From Raphidiopsis brookii D9 (GTDB lineage: Bacteria; Cyanobacteriota; Cyanobacteriia; Cyanobacteriales; Nostocaceae), in the NCBI GenBank assembly GCA_000175855.1, contig ACYB01000007.1:30001-62000 (forward strand): DNA of 32,000 bases. Direction: 5' to 3'. The notes below the pieces were generated by a model. It saw only the letters and a list, made by a program, of their open reading frames with translations, did not search any database and was not told where the DNA came from. The translations under genes were made by a program, and so were the position numbers. Positions 27,257 to 32,000 of the stretch are shown piece after piece; position 1 is the first letter of the stretch, and each line of letters begins with the position of its first letter.

Positions 27257-28801
27257 ATGTCTCTTCTATATTTAAATATCAACCAATCAAAGACCAACAA
27301 GTCTCGCATCATTGTTACAGGTGCGGGAATAGGTGGACTCACTGCAGCAGCTCTACTAGCACATAAGGGTTATCAGGTTTTAGTTGTTGATCAAGCTCTG
27401 GTTCCAGGTGGTTGTGCATCTACCTTTAAACGTCATGGATTTACTTTTGATGTGGGTGCAACTCAGGTTGCTGGACTGGAACCAGGAGGAATACATCACC
27501 GCATTTTCCAAGAACTGAATATAGAACTACCCTCCGCTACACCCTGCGATCCCGCTTGTGCAGTTTTTCTTCCAGGGGAAACAATTCCTATTAATGTGTG
27601 GCGTGATCCGCAAAAATGGCAACAGGAACGTCAACAGCAATTCCCCCGAAGTGAACCTTTTTGGCAATTATTAGCTACTCTATTCCGTGCTAGTTGGGAA
27701 TTCCAGGGGAGAGATCCAATTTTGCCACCGGGTAATTTGTGGGATCTCTTACAATTAATTAAAGCTGTGACTCCTAGCACCTTTATTACTGCTCCGTTTA
27801 CTTTTATGACTGTGGGTGATGCTCTCAGATTATATAGTTTACACCATGATATAAGACTCAGAACGTTCTTAGACTTACAACTAAAATTATATTCCCAGGT
27901 TAGTGCCCAAGAAACAGCTCTCCTATACGCTGCTACCGCTTTAAGTATATCCCAACTTCCTCAAGGACTATATCATTTACATGGTAGTATGCAAGTTCTG
28001 AGCGATCGCCTGGTGACATCTTTAGAAAAAAATGGCGGTCAATTACTAATGCGTCATACGGTGGAAGGGATTAATGTGGAGGATGGCAAAGCTAAAGGTG
28101 TAATAATCCGCAATCAAAGGACTGGACAAAAATTTACAGAGACAGCAGATCACGTGATTGCTAATGTCACAGTGCAGAATCTCATGGAACTACTGGGAGA
28201 AAAAGTCCCCCGTGGATACAAAACAAGAATTGAAAAACTCCCGCCTGCTTCTGGTGCATTTGTGGTATATTTGGGGGTGGAACAAAGTGCTATCCCCAAG
28301 GATTGTCCACCCCACTTACAATTTATGTATGATATTAATGGCCAAGTAGGAGAAAACAATTCCTTATTTGTTTCTGTCAGTCATGAGGGGGATGGTCGGG
28401 CACCTGCAGGAAAAGCAACAATTATAGCTTCATCCTTTGTGGATTTCGCTCCCTGGTGGAATAGTGACAATTATCAACAATTAAAGGCAAAATTCACTCA
28501 GGAGGCCATTTCTAAACTGGCTCAATACTTCTACCTCAAACCAGAAACAATCATTCTCGTGGAAGCTGCTACACCTAAAACCTTTGCTGACTACACAGCC
28601 AGACACAAGGGAATGGTGGGTGGTATTGGTCAAAGAATTTCTACTTTTGGACCTTTTGGTTTTGCTAATCGTACACCTATTAGGAACTTGTGGTTAGTTG
28701 GTGATTCTACCCATCCAGGGGAGGGTACTGCTGGGGTGAGTTACTCAGCTCTCACAGTAGTTAGACAAATTGATGACCTACGGGGAAGGTTGTCCCGGTG
28801 A
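27257..28801 (+). CDS. crtD: FAD-dependent phytoene-desaturase-family oxidoreductase, CrtD-like (C-3',4' desaturase) or carotenoid isomerase-like
   Basis: The N-terminal dinucleotide fold is IIVTGAGIGGLTAAALLAHKGYQVLVVDQ...GGCAS, followed by FDVGATQVAGLEPGGIHH. The C-terminal GDSTHPGEGTAGV is also present. The ATG at 27257 is preferred over the TTG at 27251. Confidence 0.65.
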   Translation: MSLLYLNINQSKTNKSRIIVTGAGIGGLTAAALLAHKGYQVLVVDQALVPGGCASTFKRHGFTFDVGATQVAGLEPGGIHHRIFQELNIELPSATPCDPACAVFLPGETIPINVWRDPQKWQQERQQQFPRSEPFWQLLATLFRASWEFQGRDPILPPGNLWDLLQLIKAVTPSTFITAPFTFMTVGDALRLYSLHHDIRLRTFLDLQLKLYSQVSAQETALLYAATALSISQLPQGLYHLHGSMQVLSDRLVTSLEKNGGQLLMRHTVEGINVEDGKAKGVIIRNQRTGQKFTETADHVIANVTVQNLMELLGEKVPRGYKTRIEKLPPASGAFVVYLGVEQSAIPKDCPPHLQFMYDINGQVGENNSLFVSVSHEGDGRAPAGKATIIASSFVDFAPWWNSDNYQQLKAKFTQEAISKLAQYFYLKPETIILVEAATPKTFADYTARHKGMVGGIGQRISTFGPFGFANRTPIRNLWLVGDSTHPGEGTAGVSYSALTVVRQIDDLRGRLSR

Positions 28802-30746
28802 TATAAATGGAGTCGTGATCACCGGAACCAGTTGTTCTTTCCACGTTCTAATTTGTAGTTGGGCATCCGCATAAGCTGAACTACTACGAGGAACTAATCT
28901 GGCAGTTTCAATACTCTTGACCAGGTCAACTTGGCTTTGAGAACGAGCCATTTCTAATATTTGCTGACCCCATCGATCAATGGCAATGTTGACATCCATG
29001 CGTAAAACATTACTCTGAGAAACACGGTTGGCTATCCGTATGGCCTCAGACAAGGCTTCTGCTGTGCCAATACTAGCTAGATCCCTAGCTTTTCTCCAAT
29101 TTTCTCGGGCGCGTATTTGCCCTTGCCATGTGTCAAGTGCTGCTTGTGCTTCACCTGCTAATGCTCTCCCGGATATAGCAATTTTTCTCGCCTCCTGCAC
29201 AGCACCATTCAAGTCCCCACTTTCAGCTAACACTATGGCCCTATCTAAATAGGGTTGATCTTCAATACGCTGAATGCTGGCATTCCAGGAGCGGATTCTC
29301 CTTTGTGCTTTTGAGTATAGGGCCCGACCTGAAGAAATTTGACTGGCTTCGGCGATCGCACTTTGTAAAGAATTAATATCTCCAGCATTAGCAATTTGTT
29401 CTGCTCGGTCCAAATAAGGTCTGTCTTGAATGGTCTCTATTTGGTCATTCCAACGCTCAATTTGGGTTTGAGCTTCTTGGGCGCGAGGGTTTTGAGATGG
29501 AATTTGTTGCGCTTGAGATATGGCAGATCTTAAATCCTCAATGGTACCCCTATTAGCTAAATCCCGAGCTTGTTCTAACTTAGTTACATCCTCAATTTCC
29601 AATTGCCAAAGGGAAATAAGTTCTTTAGCTTTACCATATACCTTCCGGGAAGGATCTATCTGTTGGGCTTGAAAAATGGCATTCTCCAAGCCTAAAATCG
29701 TTCCTAACCAGGCATTTCTTTGGGCTTCTCCCAAATCTATAAAATCATCAATTTCCGATTGTAAGGAGGGAATAGGAGGGATTTTTCCGGCAATTTCCAA
29801 ACCCTTATCTGCATCCCTTCCTTCCATTTGAGCTTGTGCTAATTTCAGCATTTTTCGCCCAAATTGAGGAACTAATTCTTGAGCCTTCTTGTACAAGTAG
29901 CTTTCTGATTTAACCGACTTTACTAACTTAATAGCCGCTAAAATATCATTAACAGAATTACGGGCAGCTAAGGAATCAGCCTTATCCAGTTTATCAGTGT
30001 CTTCCCGCGCATTTACAACTATTTGATTTAATTGGTCGTATTTCGTAGTTGACCAAAATCTATTATTAATACGGAGTAATTTAGATGATAGCACAAAAGC
30101 TGATTGCCAACGCCTGTTTTGTAATTCTCCAATGGAGGACTGGTAGATTTCCTCAGCTGTTGACCAGGTAGATTGCCATTTGAGTATTTTCTCTTCCACA
30201 AACTGACGATCTTCCAAACTTTCTGGAATTTTTTTGGTCAGTAGCTATTGCTTCCTCCAAATTTCCCGATTGGAAGCTCTTCTCCGCCAAATTTATAATG
30301 TCCCGTGACCACTCCTGCAATAGATCATTAATTTGCCCTCTTAGAGGATGATCCTGTGGTAAATCCTTCACTAAAGCTATAGCTTGTAATAAATCATTAA
30401 CCGTCTGTTTGGAAGCAGCCAGGTTAGCACAGTGGACGCGCATCGAAGCACTGGCTAAAGGCCAGAATATTCTAGGACAGTTAGGAGCGGAAGGTAGTTT
30501 AAGTAAGATAGCTACTGATATAATACCCATGGTGCTGGGAATAAACGCTAGCACCAAAAACCACCATATCCAGCTTTTCTTCCACATTCCTAATTCCCAT
30601 ATCTTATTGCGATCGCTATGCTGAATAGCGTTCCTACCGGATGATTGATTGACCTGGACTTCTGAATCTGGGGACAATCTTGGATTTTGCTCTGGTTTTG
30701 TGGTCTCAACCGGAGAAAAACCTCCTGAAATATCCTGATCTGTCAT
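28778..30746 (-). pseudogene. Large membrane-anchored protein built from ~55-aa helical repeats, split into two ORFs (30746..30153 and 30217..28778) by a +1 frameshift in a coding-strand A7 run (plus-strand T7 at 30228-30234)
   Basis: The upstream ORF ends ...NLEEAIATDQKNSRKFGRSS... out of frame. Deleting one A from gaccaaaaaaattcc gives ...EAIATDQKIPESLEDRQFVEEKILKWQ..., continuous with the downstream ORF. There is a single TM helix, WIWWFLVLAFIPSTMGIISVAILL. Confidence 0.75.
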
Positions 30747-30958
30747 CTCTCACACCACACTAAATTGATTAACAGTCCATTTTGACAAATTTATCCTATC
30801 AACTCCAGAAGGTAGTGCGGGTGCGGTCCAGTGTATAGACTGACACCCACCCACTCCGCTCTTTAAAACTTATCTAAAAGTATATACATCAGGGAATATG
30901 CTTAACTTAATTTTAGTATTGTTTTAATTCTAGTGTTATTTTACCATGTTAGAATAAT

Positions 30959-31855
30959 TTAACTTTTAAAATTTTGTAAATCCACAATTAGTTGAGCTAG
31001 ATTATCAGTGCTTGCTTGATAAACACTACCGCAAAAATCGCAGGTAGCTTCAGCTCCGTTGTCCTTGAGAATCATATCTTGTAATTCGGACTCTCCCAAC
31101 ATTTTCAACGCTCCTAGCACGCGCTCAAAGGAACAACCACAATGAAAGCGCAGAAGCTGACTTTCAGGAAAAATTGTCAGCTCCATATCCCCCAATAAAT
31201 CCTCAAAAATGTCGGTTAAGCTTTTACCCGCTTGTAATAATGGTGTAAATCCAGATAATGCTGACACTCTCGATTCCAGTCTTTCCACCAGAACTTCGTC
31301 TCTGGCAACTTTTGGCAGAACTTGAATTAAAATTCCTCCAGCTGCAGTTACACCGCCCGAACCAACAAACACACCCAACACCAAAGCGGAAGGGGTTTGC
31401 TCGGAGTTGACTAGGTAATGGGTAACATCATCCCCAATCTCTCCGGACACTAGTTCTACCGTACTAGAATAGGGATAGCCATAACCAATATCTTTAACTA
31501 CATACAAATACCCTTTGCCCACAGCACCTCCCACGTCCAGTTTACCCTTAGTGTTGGGTAGTAGTTCTATGGATGGGTTGCCCACGTAACCCCTGACTGT
31601 TCCATCCAGTCCAGCATCTACTAATATACCCCCTAATGGCCCATCTCCCTTTACTCGCAGGTTAATTCTTGAACCAGAGCGTTTCATCCCTGAAGCCATT
31701 AGCAAACCTGCTGACATAGTTCTTCCCAGAGCTGCTGTAGCTACATAGGAAAGTTTATGGCGCACTCTTGCCTCTTCGACTAACTTTGTGGTGATTACAC
31801 CGACCGCTCGAATGCCACCGTTTGCCGCTGTGGCCCGCATTAGTTTGTCCGCCAT
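30959..31855 (-). CDS. hslO: Hsp33 family redox-regulated chaperone
   Basis: The N-terminus is MADKLMRATAANGGIRAVGVITT. The C-terminal zinc centre is CGCS...CDFCG. The ATG at 31855 is preferred over the GTG at 31861. Confidence 0.9.
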   Translation of the reverse strand: MADKLMRATAANGGIRAVGVITTKLVEEARVRHKLSYVATAALGRTMSAGLLMASGMKRSGSRINLRVKGDGPLGGILVDAGLDGTVRGYVGNPSIELLPNTKGKLDVGGAVGKGYLYVVKDIGYGYPYSSTVELVSGEIGDDVTHYLVNSEQTPSALVLGVFVGSGGVTAAGGILIQVLPKVARDEVLVERLESRVSALSGFTPLLQAGKSLTDIFEDLLGDMELTIFPESQLLRFHCGCSFERVLGALKMLGESELQDMILKDNGAEATCDFCGSVYQASTDNLAQLIVDLQNFKS

Positions 31856-32000
31856 AAACACCTTTACTATTTACAAAAAACTGCTCAGGTAACCATTTGG
31901 GTTTAAACACTGGAGAAGATTCTTCCATAATCATTATTTACTATATCATAGTTAATGCTGACTTCCATCTTAAAATTGGGGATTTAAACGGTTCATACCG

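Noticed and set aside
30800-30860. Imperfect GC-rich inverted repeat (agtgcgggtg ... cacccacccact) as the hslO terminator
   Set aside because: The arms pair only in two short blocks separated by internal loops, and on the minus strand no U-tract follows. This is not convincing as an intrinsic terminator.
1-32000. CRISPR arrays, rRNA genes, prophage or toxin-antitoxin/defence cassettes
   Set aside because: I saw no regularly spaced direct repeats, no rRNA-like conserved stretches, and no integrase, capsid, nuclease or toxin-like ORFs. The only mobile DNA is the IS630 fragment at the left edge.

Overview
The window reads as chromosomal DNA from an AT-rich cyanobacterium, probably a filamentous Nostocales-type organism. 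Support for this: 15 perfect HIP1 octamers (GCGATCGC); cyanobacteria-typical genes cpcT and dapL, an EGY-like M50 protease, and a cyanobacterial-type LexA box. Most of it is ordinary housekeeping sequence. Left to right: the 3' part of an IS630-family insertion sequence; a NitT/TauT-type ABC ATPase and permease plus a stand-alone allophanate-hydrolase-C-terminal-like protein; an MBL-fold protein and a CHASE sensor kinase; M50 protease; typA; an Hsp20 gene; aroE; a divergent SucC/SucD-like pair; M61 peptidase; comB; cpcT; a carotenoid cleavage oxygenase followed by a DGAT2/PES-type acyltransferase; dapL; lexA followed by an SF2 (ResIII/DEAH) helicase; argF; tRNA-Thr(UGU); fructosamine kinase; an M16 peptidase preceded by an unknown 247-aa protein; a CrtD-like desaturase; a large membrane-anchored 55-aa-repeat protein; hslO. 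I saw no CRISPR array, rRNA, prophage or clear defence island. The main unusual signal is gene-integrity damage. argF and the repeat protein are each split by one extra base in an A/T homopolymer. comB has no canonical start codon upstream of its conserved N-terminal motif. The IS630 transposase needs a -1 shift at a canonical A_AAA_AAA heptamer. Together this suggests either homopolymer sequencing errors or early genome erosion. Candidates for new biology, all hypotheses: the LexA-box-controlled lexA-helicase pair, the oxygenase/acyltransferase pair, the SucCD-like pair with degenerate glycine motifs, the unknown protein linked to M16, and the 55-aa-repeat membrane protein. All calls come from reading the sequence and ORF translations; no database search was run.
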